Source: an uncultured Conexibacter sp. (GTDB lineage: Bacteria; Actinomycetota; Thermoleophilia; Solirubrobacterales; Solirubrobacteraceae). From it: a stretch of DNA of 64,000 nucleotides. Positions 16,005-26,027 of the stretch are shown here, piece by piece (the first letter of the stretch is position 1; each line of letters starts with the position of its first letter). Location of the stretch: NCBI GenBank assembly GCA_964560235.1, contig CAZLKZ010000005.1, positions 16,047-80,046 of the forward strand, read 5' to 3'. Under the pieces are notes generated by a model. The model worked only from the letters and a program-made list of their open reading frames with translations. It was not told the DNA's origin and did not search any database. A program made the translations under genes and the position numbers.

Positions 16005-18579
16005 CGCCTACCTGGCGATCTGAAGCGAACATGGCGATCGCCGACGGAAGGATCACCAGCACGGCGACCACGGCGACAGCCAAATCGATGACCGTCACCA
16101 GGCCGAAGTCGCGCAGCATCCTGATTTGACTCGCGATGAGCACCGCAAACCCGGCGATTGCCGTCACTGCAGACACGACGACCGACCTACCGGTTGAACC
16201 GTAGGTTTCAGCCAAGGCCTCAGCGAAGCTGGCACCGTTCTGTCGTGCTCGCCGGTGGCGCTCTGAGAGCAGCACGCTGAACTCCGTGGCGATCGCGATC
16301 ACGAGCGCACTCAGGGTGACGGACATCGGGTTCAGCGGGACGCGCGTCGCGAGCAGGATCAGGGGTGCCCAACCGGTCGCAATCACGATCGGCACGAGCG
16401 GAACAAGCACCCGTCGCCAGTTGCCCAGGAGCAGGCGCAGCACAGCGCCGACGACAAGCAGGCCGGCGAGCAACGTAAGCAGCCGGCGGACGGGCGAGCT
16501 GATGGCCTCGTTGGCATCTGCGGCGAGTACCGGCAGCCCGACCACCGTGGCCTTGACGCCTTCCGGAGGATCGAGCTCGTCGCGCATCCGGTCGAGCACC
16601 TCCGACTGGCGCTCGAGCGACATCAGCCTGATGCCGAACGCGACCGTTGCGGCGCGGCGATCTTGGGTGATGACGTTCTGGCTGAAGGAGTCAGGGATGA
16701 CCTTCAGCAGCCCTTCGATCTGCGCCTGCGTCGGCTTCTTGAAGCCCGAGAGCAAGTCTGGCAGCGAGAACGCTGGGCAGAGGTCGGCCTTGCCGCAGCC
16801 GCGCTTCTCGGAGTAGCCGACCGACTTCAGCACGCGCTGCTGGTAGGTCGACATCCACTTGACGACCGCCGGGTCCGTGACTCGCTTGCCTTCAACAAGC
16901 ACGTCGATCTGACCGCCGACCCCGGTTGATTCCTGCAGGCCACGCAAGGCGGTGAGCGAGTCGAGGTTCTGGGGGGCGAGCTTGGTCACGTCCGACTCGA
17001 CCGAGATCTGAGTCTCTGCCGCGAAGCCGACCAACGCCACGAGACCGGCAAGCAGCAGCACCCGATCAGGACGCACCTCCGCCGCGCGCGCCGACGCATC
17101 GCTGACCCTGCGGGCAAAGCGAGCACCTGCGCGCGTGAGCGGGTTGTCGCGCAGCAGCAGCGATGCTCCGCTGCCCGCAGCGCCGAGTCGGCCAATGAGC
17201 GCCCTCGGCCCGAAGCTGCGCCCACGCACCGCCAAGGCCGCCGGCCCAAGCAGAAGCGCCGTCACCAGCCCGACGAGCACTGCCACGACGAGCAGCAGCC
17301 CGAACGCCCGCACCATCGGCACAGGCGAGATCACGAGCACACAGAAGCCAGCAGCTGTTGTCAGAGCGGCGGCTGCGATCGTGGGCGCGTCGTCTCGTGC
17401 GACCGCAGCGACGGCGGGCACGAGCTCGTCTCCCCTCGCCCGCCTATCGGCGACACGGGCCTGAAGCTGAAGCGCATAATCGACGACGAGGCCGATCATG
17501 ATCGGGGCGACGGCCACGGCCGCCACGGTGAGCGACGCGCCGACCAACGCGAGCAGGCCGAAGGTCACGGCTGCGGCTGCCAGCGCGACAAGCAGCGGAA
17601 CAAGCCTGCGCCGAGTGCGGAACATGAGCGCCAACACCAACGCCATCACGACGATCGCGAAAGCGCCGAGTACGAGCAGTGCGTCACTGATCGAACCTGT
17701 CAGGTCTGAGAGCACGACTGGGGCACCCGTGACCGCGTAGGTTCCGCCGTTCTTGAGCTGCCACTGGCTCATGCGTGTGGCGGCGCGTATGTCTGCGATC
17801 GCGTCCTTCTGCTGCTGCTCGGTCAGGCCGCGGCGCAGACGGACGGTGATCAGCGCGGTATCGCGGGTCGGGAACAGATAGGCGAACCGCTGCTTGGGCG
17901 GCCCAGTGACCTGCCCGTTCTCGAAGACGAGCTTGCTGACGAACGTCTGATCGTTGATCGTCGGCTTCTGGAGGATCCCAAACTGCAGACCCAAGGTGCC
18001 GAGCTGCACGAGCGCCTGCTGCTGGACAGCCTGCGATGCAGCCTGCCCTGCGCGCTGCACCTGGTCCTCCGGCAGGCCCTGCGCGCGAGCGAGCTTACGA
18101 GCGTCCTTTGCGGCCTCGGATGCCTGCTCTCGGGAAAGAGCCACGCGCCGGTCGAACTCGTCGGCGATCTGAGAGGCAGAGGTGTTGATGAATGTGCCGG
18201 GCCCGATCACCGACTGGGCAGGCTGCAGCACTGCTAGCCGTGCGCACGGGCCGCTCTGCCCCGCCGTCGCTTGCTTGCCGGCGATGCAGCCTTCGAGCCC
18301 GAGCACACGTTCGAGATCGCTCGTCAGTACGAGGTTCGCCACCTTGCCCCCGATGCGCACGACGATGGCGTCCGAGCCGAACAGGTCCTGTGAACGCTCT
18401 GTCGCCTGATACGACGGGCTCCCGTCACCGAGCAGCGTGCGCGGACTCGTATCGGGCTCCAGGCGGGTGGTCAAGAGCGCAGCGAGCAGCACCGCCGCAC
18501 CGGCAACGACCAGCACGAGCCGCGCCCGACTGACGGCGACCCGCATGGTCCACGTGACGAGCCGTGCGATCAGCGACAT
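15988..18579 (-). CDS. MmpL/RND-family transporter
   Basis: Two repeats of TM1-large loop-5TM; VTGAPV, IGLVVDY, IAIATEF, AGFAVL...LRDFG. Confidence 0.88.
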   Translation of the reverse strand: MSLIARLVTWTMRVAVSRARLVLVVAGAAVLLAALLTTRLEPDTSPRTLLGDGSPSYQATERSQDLFGSDAIVVRIGGKVANLVLTSDLERVLGLEGCIAGKQATAGQSGPCARLAVLQPAQSVIGPGTFINTSASQIADEFDRRVALSREQASEAAKDARKLARAQGLPEDQVQRAGQAASQAVQQQALVQLGTLGLQFGILQKPTINDQTFVSKLVFENGQVTGPPKQRFAYLFPTRDTALITVRLRRGLTEQQQKDAIADIRAATRMSQWQLKNGGTYAVTGAPVVLSDLTGSISDALLVLGAFAIVVMALVLALMFRTRRRLVPLLVALAAAAVTFGLLALVGASLTVAAVAVAPIMIGLVVDYALQLQARVADRRARGDELVPAVAAVARDDAPTIAAAALTTAAGFCVLVISPVPMVRAFGLLLVVAVLVGLVTALLLGPAALAVRGRSFGPRALIGRLGAAGSGASLLLRDNPLTRAGARFARRVSDASARAAEVRPDRVLLLAGLVALVGFAAETQISVESDVTKLAPQNLDSLTALRGLQESTGVGGQIDVLVEGKRVTDPAVVKWMSTYQQRVLKSVGYSEKRGCGKADLCPAFSLPDLLSGFKKPTQAQIEGLLKVIPDSFSQNVITQDRRAATVAFGIRLMSLERQSEVLDRMRDELDPPEGVKATVVGLPVLAADANEAISSPVRRLLTLLAGLLVVGAVLRLLLGNWRRVLVPLVPIVIATGWAPLILLATRVPLNPMSVTLSALVIAIATEFSVLLSERHRRARQNGASFAEALAETYGSTGRSVVVSAVTAIAGFAVLIASQIRMLRDFGLVTVIDLAVAVVAVLVILPSAIAMFASDRQVGDDRAS

Positions 18580-18594
18580 CGGCGCTGCTTGGGC

Positions 18595-20109
18595 CTACGG
18601 CACCGGCAGACCCGCGTGCAGACCGGCGGGATTCGCCTTGACCTGCGGGAAGCGAGTGATGTTGCCGTCGATGTCGAAACGCGGCTGCTGCTCACACTTG
18701 CCGGACGGCACTGTGCCACCGCTGAACGCGTACTTGAGCAGCGACTGGATCAGAGCGTCTTCCATCTGCCCATCGGCATCGAGCGTGACGTTGAGCGGAC
18801 CGCCACAGCTGCGGCTGTCGTAGACGTCGAGCCCACCGGCGCTTGCCAGCTTGAGCCCGGCTCCTGGGAGCGTGTAAGCGTTCTGCCTGGTTGTCGGGAG
18901 GCGGTGCTCGTAGAGCGACATGCTCTCGGGGGTCAGCGGGTTTGTGACGCGTAAGACAAAAGACAGCTCGTTGCTGTCCCCGATCAACGCCCTTGTGCCG
19001 AGCGCAGCGGTCGCATTGCCGAGCACGGCGGTGATGTCGTTGCGGTAGAGGTTCGCCAGGTCAAGCACCGGCGCAAGGTTCGACAGTGGCGCGCTGAGCT
19101 CAGGCAAGAAGGCCCGCAGCTGCTTTACGAACTCGGTGGTGGCTGGCAGTCCCTTCTCCGATGCGTCCACGAGCGGGCCAACTCCCTTAACCAGGGCGGC
19201 CATGTCCGGCGCGCTGCGCGCTGCGGCCTGCAGCGTCGGCGAAGCCTGCTTGGCGGCCGGGATCAGCTCCTTGACCAGGGGGTCAGTGTTCTTGGCGTAT
19301 GCCGAGAGCCGCTTGACGGTCGCGGTCAGCTCACGCTCGAAGGTCGGCAGCGCCTTGATCGCATCTGCGAGCTCAGTGTTTCGGCTGCCGGTCGTGGCGA
19401 ACACGCGGTTGGAGTTCGTGATCAGCGAGGTGAGCTGGCCGTCCCGCTCGGTGAGCGCCGCCAGCACCTCCGCCGTGGAGCTCGAGAACTGCTTCGTCGC
19501 TGCCGACTGCGACTTCAGCGTCTTGAGGACCTTGCCTACCTCCTCCTCGAACCCAGGCAGGTTGCCGATCAGCTGCGAAACGTCCTGGCTACGGCCGTCG
19601 AAGGCTTCGGCCTGCTGGATGATCCAGTTCGAGAGATCCTTGCGGGTCTTCGGGTCGAACGTGCGCAGGATCTCGTCGAGCTCGACCGTTGGTGAGACTT
19701 GTGCTCGCGCGAGCGCTCCGCCCTCTTTGACGACCGGCCCTGAAGCGTTGCCCGGAGTGAGCTGGATGTAGGTCTCGCCGAGCAGTGTCTTCTGGCGCAG
19801 CGTCGCACGCGTGTTCGCCGGGATCGGTGCGAAGTCGGGCTTCATCTCGATCGTGGCGATCGAGAGCCCGTTCTGTTTGTTGGTCTGCAGGTCCTTGACC
19901 TTGCCGACGTTGACACCCGCGATCCGGACGTCGGCCTCACGCGCAAGCTGCGTGGCTTCACCGAACGGCACCGTAAACCGGTAGCCCTGCGCCTTCATCG
20001 GCGTCGACCCACCGAAGGTGAGCCACAGCCAGAGCAGCAGGATGAAGCACAGCAGCGCAAACGACACCATCGTGAGGATCTTGCCGACGCTTGGGATCTG
20101 CTTGTTCAT
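18595..20109 (-). CDS. MCE (MlaD) family protein 6
   Basis: TM, then DVRIAGVNVGKV, QKTLLGETYIQLTPG, helical needle region. Confidence 0.92.
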   Translation of the reverse strand: MNKQIPSVGKILTMVSFALLCFILLLWLWLTFGGSTPMKAQGYRFTVPFGEATQLAREADVRIAGVNVGKVKDLQTNKQNGLSIATIEMKPDFAPIPANTRATLRQKTLLGETYIQLTPGNASGPVVKEGGALARAQVSPTVELDEILRTFDPKTRKDLSNWIIQQAEAFDGRSQDVSQLIGNLPGFEEEVGKVLKTLKSQSAATKQFSSSTAEVLAALTERDGQLTSLITNSNRVFATTGSRNTELADAIKALPTFERELTATVKRLSAYAKNTDPLVKELIPAAKQASPTLQAAARSAPDMAALVKGVGPLVDASEKGLPATTEFVKQLRAFLPELSAPLSNLAPVLDLANLYRNDITAVLGNATAALGTRALIGDSNELSFVLRVTNPLTPESMSLYEHRLPTTRQNAYTLPGAGLKLASAGGLDVYDSRSCGGPLNVTLDADGQMEDALIQSLLKYAFSGGTVPSGKCEQQPRFDIDGNITRFPQVKANPAGLHAGLPVP

Positions 20110-21479
20110 CGGCTTCCCAAGACCCCCGGAGGCTGGTTTACGTAGCGCGCACAGACCTTCGGATCGCCGGTCGCGGCGATCTTGCGGTTGACCGGGTTGG
20201 CAACGCCCAGGATGGCGTAGAGCAGTTGGTTCCCGCCGAGGATCACCTGCTCAGCAGAGGTGATGGCCGAGCAGTCGAGCAGCAGCGCGCCACGGCGGAT
20301 CGGGCCGTTTGCGTCCTGTCCTGCGAAGACCTGCGGGCCGATGTGGTTGACCCAGGCGAGGTAGTAGCCGTATCCCTCTTCGCTGCCCGCGGGGTTGTAG
20401 GCCAGCATGTTGAGCAGCTGGTTGGCGGCCTTGAAGCCGGAGGTCAGGTTCGGCGCAGCGTCTGCGAGGTTGCGCGCGGTCGGGCGCAGGATCTTGGTGA
20501 CAGGCAGAATCTCGCGGGTATCGGGCCGGATCTCGTCGCGGATGATCGGCGTCGTCTCCTTGAAGAACGGACGCAGCTTGCGCTGAGTATCTGCGAGTGC
20601 GCGCGCACCGGGCCGCAGGTCACGCGCCGCCGGGCCGAGCGTCTTGGCGAGCTTCGTGCCCTTGCCGAGCGCGTCGTTGCTCTCCTTCAGCGTGCTCGGC
20701 AGCTCACGCAGTGCCTCCTGGATCCGCTGATCCTGGTCGGCGAACGCCTTGAGGCTCTTGTTGGATGCGTCGATCAGCTCGGCGAGCTGCTTGTCCTTGG
20801 TACCGACCGCCTCCATCAGGGTCTTGAAGTTCGTGATGGAGCGGCTGATGTTCGCGCGGCGCTTTCCGAGCTCCTCGGTGATCTTGCGGACGTCCCGGTT
20901 GATCGGCGCAAACCGGCGGAACGTCTCAGACAGGTTCTCGCTTTGGCCCTTCAGTCCCTCCCCGCCGCCTTGGATGAGCAGGCGCAGGTAGTTCCGCGTG
21001 TCCACGTCGACCGAGGCGAGGATCTCGTCGAAGTTCACGTTCGGCTCGGTCTGGGATGCCGGGATCGGTTCGTCCTTGCCCAGCTCGCCAGCGTTGGGCG
21101 TACCGGGGTCGAGCTGCACGAGCATGTCGTTGAGCCCGCTCTTCGGACGAAGCAGCGCGGTCGCGTTCTTGTAGATGTGGGCGTACTTCTTGCGGATCTT
21201 CATGCCGACCACGGCACGGCCGTCAACGAGCTTGACCGACGCGATCTCGCCAACAGGTACCCCGGCGATGTTGATCGTCTGGCCCTGGCCCGGCGTGACC
21301 GCCTGAGCCGTAGAGAACTCCGCCTTGTAGTCGACGAAGTCGGTGCCTATCACCGGCACCCAGTTGGGCAGGTAGAACCGCTGGTTGGACAGGATGTACC
21401 CGCCCACCGCGAGGCCGAGCGCGATCGTGCCGACTAGAGCCAGGAAGGGCGTCTTGTATTTGCGGATCGCGTTCTTCAC
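20106..21479 (-). CDS. MCE family protein 5
   Basis: INIAGVPVGEI, RPKSGLNDMLVQLDPG. Confidence 0.92.
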   Translation of the reverse strand: MKNAIRKYKTPFLALVGTIALGLAVGGYILSNQRFYLPNWVPVIGTDFVDYKAEFSTAQAVTPGQGQTINIAGVPVGEIASVKLVDGRAVVGMKIRKKYAHIYKNATALLRPKSGLNDMLVQLDPGTPNAGELGKDEPIPASQTEPNVNFDEILASVDVDTRNYLRLLIQGGGEGLKGQSENLSETFRRFAPINRDVRKITEELGKRRANISRSITNFKTLMEAVGTKDKQLAELIDASNKSLKAFADQDQRIQEALRELPSTLKESNDALGKGTKLAKTLGPAARDLRPGARALADTQRKLRPFFKETTPIIRDEIRPDTREILPVTKILRPTARNLADAAPNLTSGFKAANQLLNMLAYNPAGSEEGYGYYLAWVNHIGPQVFAGQDANGPIRRGALLLDCSAITSAEQVILGGNQLLYAILGVANPVNRKIAATGDPKVCARYVNQPPGVLGSR

Positions 21480-23143
21480 CGCTCCTGCTCCTCCTGGAAC
21501 GGATTCAGCTTGCCCATGAGCGCCCCGGCGACATCACCGGAATCGTCCGCGGAGCTGGTCAGCTTGGTGGTCAGTCCGGTGGCACCGGCCGGCGGTACGT
21601 ACGGAGCGGCAGGGGTGCCGTCTGGACCGGAGCCGTCGGCGGGACCTTCGGGCTTGCCGTTGACGTCAGGCAGCTTCTGGTCCTTACAGGCCTTGTCGTA
21701 GACGTACGGCGGCAGCTTGCCGGGGTACGCAGGGCGGGTACCGAGCGGCTTCTTGTTCGAGCGGGCCCACTGGCGGAACGTGCCTTCCTTGGCGGTCTTG
21801 GTGCCGTACGGGCCTGTGGACCATGCCCAGTCGCCGCCGCCGACCTGGAAGCGCAGGTAGTAGCCGTTGCCGTCGAACGTCTGCCCCTCGCCGTTGAAGC
21901 CGACGAGCGTGTACCAGAACTCTTTGTAGTTCTCGACGCCGGTCGAGAACGCACCGTCATCGACCTTGATGTTGCCGAGCGGCAGCACGTAGTCCGTGAT
22001 GCACTGGGCAACGCGATCAGCCTGCGGCAGGAAGCGGTTGTTCTCATCCGCGAGCTGAGCGAGTGAGCGGGTTGTCGGAGCGAGCTGCTCGGCAACTCCG
22101 CCGAGCTCCTGCTTGCCGACCAGCTTCGTGGCCTGCTCGATCCAGGGCAGAGAAGCGTCGATCGTCGCGCCGCTTTCTTTGACGCCTGGAATGAGCTCAA
22201 GTGCCAGCGCACGCACGTCAGGAAGCGCGGTCTCGAGTGCGTCGAATGCTTCGCGGCCGTTCCTGATCGTCGGGCCTAGCAACGCAATGCTGGCGCGCAG
22301 GTTGTCGCGCTCAGCGGCCAGTGCGCCGGTTGTGCGGTTGAGGTTGGTTACGAAGCCCTTGAGCGCGTTGTCGTCCTGCCCGATGGCTGCCGTGACCTTC
22401 GAGGTGGCGGCGATCAGGCGCGAGAGGTCGCGATTGTTCTCGCCGAGCAGGCCTTCGTTGACCTGGGCGGCGCCGCGCAAGCCGGGGGCCGCATCCTCCA
22501 GCGACATGTTCAGGGCCTCTGCAGCAGTCTTGCCGCGAACCATCGGGTCCTGGTCGGCGTCGTCGGCCGCGGTCGGCTCACGCGTCAGCGCGGTGCCGTA
22601 ACCCGTCAGCAGCTCCTTGAGGTCCTCCCGCGTGTCGCTCTGGAGGATCGTGAGGATCTGGTCGAACTGCACCGGGGCGCTCGTCTGCGTGACTGGCAGT
22701 GGGTTGTCGCCGCTCTCGAGGCGCGGGCTCGCAGGCGAACCGGGCTTGAGATCAACGAACCAGTTGCCCTCGAGGAAGATGCGCGGGCGGATCTTGATGG
22801 TGGCGTCCTTGTGGATCGGCAGCGCCTCGTCGTTGAGCTCCATCACGACCACCGACGCACGCTTGGCCCCGTCGTCGTTGCCGTTGCCGTAAGGCTCCAC
22901 TCGGAGGACCTTGCCCACGTTCACGCCGGCGATGCGCACCGGCGAGTTCTTGCGAATGGCTACTGCGTCGGTTACGACCGCGCGCAGCTCGTAGCCGCTC
23001 TTGAACGGAATCTCCTTCTTGAAACCGAAGTAGGCAAAGATCACCAGCCCGGCCAGCAGGATCAGGCCGGCTTTGAACGGATCCATGCCGCGGCGGTCCT
23101 TGCGCGCGGGGCGTGGCTCACCTGGCTTGAGCTTGCGAGCCAC
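21476..23143 (-). CDS. MCE family protein 4
   Basis: SPVRIAGVNVGKV, RIFLEGNWFVDLKPG. Confidence 0.92.
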   Translation of the reverse strand: MARKLKPGEPRPARKDRRGMDPFKAGLILLAGLVIFAYFGFKKEIPFKSGYELRAVVTDAVAIRKNSPVRIAGVNVGKVLRVEPYGNGNDDGAKRASVVVMELNDEALPIHKDATIKIRPRIFLEGNWFVDLKPGSPASPRLESGDNPLPVTQTSAPVQFDQILTILQSDTREDLKELLTGYGTALTREPTAADDADQDPMVRGKTAAEALNMSLEDAAPGLRGAAQVNEGLLGENNRDLSRLIAATSKVTAAIGQDDNALKGFVTNLNRTTGALAAERDNLRASIALLGPTIRNGREAFDALETALPDVRALALELIPGVKESGATIDASLPWIEQATKLVGKQELGGVAEQLAPTTRSLAQLADENNRFLPQADRVAQCITDYVLPLGNIKVDDGAFSTGVENYKEFWYTLVGFNGEGQTFDGNGYYLRFQVGGGDWAWSTGPYGTKTAKEGTFRQWARSNKKPLGTRPAYPGKLPPYVYDKACKDQKLPDVNGKPEGPADGSGPDGTPAAPYVPPAGATGLTTKLTSSADDSGDVAGALMGKLNPFQEEQER

Positions 23144-24567
23144 TACTTGCTCGCCTCCTTCGCAAACACCTTCGAGGCCTTGCGCTCGGTGTTCGTGCCC
23201 TGGTTGCCGGGCACGTTGCCGATTACCGACTTGCCCGGCGTCACGGTCTCGTTACCGGCCTCGCACTCCTTGACCTGGCCGGGGGCCGCGGTGTTCGGGT
23301 ACGGGTTGCGCCGCAGATAGTTGAGCGGGCTACCGCCGCCGTTAGCGGGAGCGGCCGCTACGCCGGCCTCGCTGTTAGGCCCATCGCCGGGAAGCACGAT
23401 CTGGAAGCGCTGCGCCGTACCGACGGAGTCGCCGACGCTGAGGTTTGAGGAGGCGCGATCGAGCAGCAGCGAGCCGTAGTTACAGACGGTCTGGGCCGGT
23501 GTCAGGAACGCGAGCAGCGGGTTGGCGATACCGCCGGTGAGCTTCAGATCCCGCACGCCGAGCTTGACGAGCGGATCAGCCGCTGTCGCTTTGACTTCAG
23601 CCAGCACGGGCCGCAGCCGCTTGTTGAGCGTGACCGAATCGGCGAGCGCAGGACCGATGCCCTCGAACGCGTCACCGATGTCCCTCGAGTTGTTGGCGAC
23701 GGCGCGGGTGCCGGGACGGAGCGCAGCGAACAGCTCGGTCGAGTCCCGCAGGAACTCACGCTGCTTCGGCAGCTCTTCGATGAGCGCCTCCTGCAGCACC
23801 GGCCACTCGGTGATCGAGTCCTGGAGGTATGGGCGGGCGACCGATGCGAGCGCTGTGAAGGTACGGTCGAGATTCACGAACAGCTCAGCCTGCTCGTTGG
23901 CCACCGGCGCGACCTCTGCGCTGATCCTGCTGAGGCCCTTGACGAAGCCGGAGAGGTTCGTGTCTGGATCCGACAGATTGTCGGCGACAGGCTTGAGGTC
24001 TTTCAGCAGCGGCGCAAAGCCGGCGATGGCCGTGTTGAGTGCTTCGCCGCGGCCGGCAAGCGCATCCCCGATACCCGTTAGCTGGCGTTGCTGTGCGGCG
24101 CGCGTCTTCTCGTCGGCCCACGCGAACGCTTCGTCGAACTCGACCGGAGTATCGGACTGCGCGAGCGGGATCGTGCCGTTCTGAGGAATGCCCTCGTCGG
24201 ACTTGCCTCGCGTGAGCTGCAGGTACTTGAGGCCGAGGGCCGACTTGAAGCGAACGAGCGTGGTCGTGTCCTTCGGCAGCTCGCGCAGCCTGTCCTCGAT
24301 CTTGAGCGACAGGAGCGCCACCGTCTGACCGTTGTCGAGCCGCTTGGCCTTGACGTCGCTGATGAGACCGACGCGGTTCGCACCGATGCGGACCTCGTTA
24401 CCGGCCACGAGGTTCGCCGCAGACGGCAGCTCGACCTTGAAGTTGTAGGTCGGAACGCCGGGCAACCCGCGGTTGGCGTTGTACGACAACATCACGGCGA
24501 TCACGACCACAAGGGTCGTGGCGGCGCCGATCAGAATCGGGTTCGCGGCTATCGATCGGCGCTGCAT
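23143..24567 (-). CDS. MCE family protein 3
   Basis: LVAGNEVRIGANRVG, KSALGLKYLQL. Confidence 0.92.
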   Translation of the reverse strand: MQRRSIAANPILIGAATTLVVVIAVMLSYNANRGLPGVPTYNFKVELPSAANLVAGNEVRIGANRVGLISDVKAKRLDNGQTVALLSLKIEDRLRELPKDTTTLVRFKSALGLKYLQLTRGKSDEGIPQNGTIPLAQSDTPVEFDEAFAWADEKTRAAQQRQLTGIGDALAGRGEALNTAIAGFAPLLKDLKPVADNLSDPDTNLSGFVKGLSRISAEVAPVANEQAELFVNLDRTFTALASVARPYLQDSITEWPVLQEALIEELPKQREFLRDSTELFAALRPGTRAVANNSRDIGDAFEGIGPALADSVTLNKRLRPVLAEVKATAADPLVKLGVRDLKLTGGIANPLLAFLTPAQTVCNYGSLLLDRASSNLSVGDSVGTAQRFQIVLPGDGPNSEAGVAAAPANGGGSPLNYLRRNPYPNTAAPGQVKECEAGNETVTPGKSVIGNVPGNQGTNTERKASKVFAKEASK

Positions 24568-26027
24568 CAGTCGCCCATCAGGTAGTCGAGGACGGCTGAC
24601 TGCCCGTCCGTTGGCTGAGACTTGTCGGTTCCGAGGCCGCCAGGAACAGATGTCTTCTTGACCGGGTCAGTCTTGGCACCCGGCAGGATCGCGCTAGGTA
24701 GCGCAGCACGCTGCACCTTTGACGGCTGCACCTTCGAGCCGTCACGGTTACGCCCGATCGTCGGCTCTTTGGTGCTAGCGCTGGACGCTTCGGGCTCCAC
24801 GAAGTTGGCGTTGCAGTCGCCCCCGGCCGGCACGTCCACGTAAGGCAGACAGACGTTCAGCACGGTCTGCGCGCGGAGATAGTGCCCGTCTTCGTCGTAG
24901 CCGTTAGCCGCCGCGGCGCTGTAGTAGAAGAAGTCCATCAGGCGCTCGAACCCACCGGTCTGGCGCAGGCTGACGAGCAGTTGCGACACGTTGTCGGCCA
25001 GAGGCTTGGCGTCCTTTGCGAACGTCTGAGCATCCTCGAGCACCGGCTTTGCGGTCAGCAGCGCGTCCTTGCTCTGGTCGAGCGTCGTGGCGAGCTCCTT
25101 GACGGCGGCGGTGCCCTCCTCGCCGAGTCCACCGAGACCGACAATCGCGCGGCTCAAGTCCTTGCCGGATGTCTTGAGATCGTCTGCCACCGGCTGCAGC
25201 TGGTCAGCGAGATCGCTGAGGGCTGCCATCGTCGGCCGGATCTCCCGCAGTGCTGCCGGGAGGGTCTCAAGGCCCTTCTCAAGTGGCTCGGAGCGCTCGG
25301 CCGATGCCTTGGCGACCTGGTTCATCGAATCGATCGCGCTGGCGACGTTGTCGCTCTTCGCCGCCAGCGGTGCGAGCGCCTTGTCGCCGTCCTCGGCGAT
25401 CTGCACGAGCTGCTTGTTGTTCTCAGCGAGGACCGCGAGGACCTTCTCGACTGAGCGCAGCGTCGGGTTCGCTGCGCGGACCGCCTCGTTGATCGCCTTG
25501 CCGTTACCGGCGAGGCCGACACCCAGCTCGTTGAGGATGATCGTGAGCCGCTGGCGGTAAGGGAGGCGCAGCGTGTTGTTGACGAGATCGATGTCGATCG
25601 GGTTGACGGTGTTCTCAACCGGCAGCAGAAGCTGACCCTTGCCTGGGCCGTCCTCGATCTTCTTCAGCGCAGGAGCTTCCGCCTCGCCCGGTGCCTTGTC
25701 CTGAGTAAGCGAGCACTCCACGAAGCGCTCGCCGATCAGCGACTGGGGACGGATCTGGCACTCGGCGTCCTGCCGGAAGTCCTGGAACGCAGGGTCGGTG
25801 ATGTCCAGCACCACGGCCGCCTTACGATCCTGGACGTCGAGAGACTTGATCGTGCCGATCGGCACGCCGGCAGATTTCACCTGCTCGCCGGGGATGATCG
25901 TGAACGCGTTGTAGAACATCGCGCGCACCTGGTAGTCGCTGCCGCTGTCCTCGCGGTTGATGTAGACGATCGCGGCGACAACAAACAGCGCCAGGAAGCC
26001 AAGGATCAGTGCGAAGCGTGCCTTCAT
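24567..26027 (-). CDS. MCE family protein 2
   Basis: GEQVKSAGVPIG, PQSLIGERFV. Confidence 0.92.
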   Translation of the reverse strand: MKARFALILGFLALFVVAAIVYINREDSGSDYQVRAMFYNAFTIIPGEQVKSAGVPIGTIKSLDVQDRKAAVVLDITDPAFQDFRQDAECQIRPQSLIGERFVECSLTQDKAPGEAEAPALKKIEDGPGKGQLLLPVENTVNPIDIDLVNNTLRLPYRQRLTIILNELGVGLAGNGKAINEAVRAANPTLRSVEKVLAVLAENNKQLVQIAEDGDKALAPLAAKSDNVASAIDSMNQVAKASAERSEPLEKGLETLPAALREIRPTMAALSDLADQLQPVADDLKTSGKDLSRAIVGLGGLGEEGTAAVKELATTLDQSKDALLTAKPVLEDAQTFAKDAKPLADNVSQLLVSLRQTGGFERLMDFFYYSAAAANGYDEDGHYLRAQTVLNVCLPYVDVPAGGDCNANFVEPEASSASTKEPTIGRNRDGSKVQPSKVQRAALPSAILPGAKTDPVKKTSVPGGLGTDKSQPTDGQSAVLDYLMGD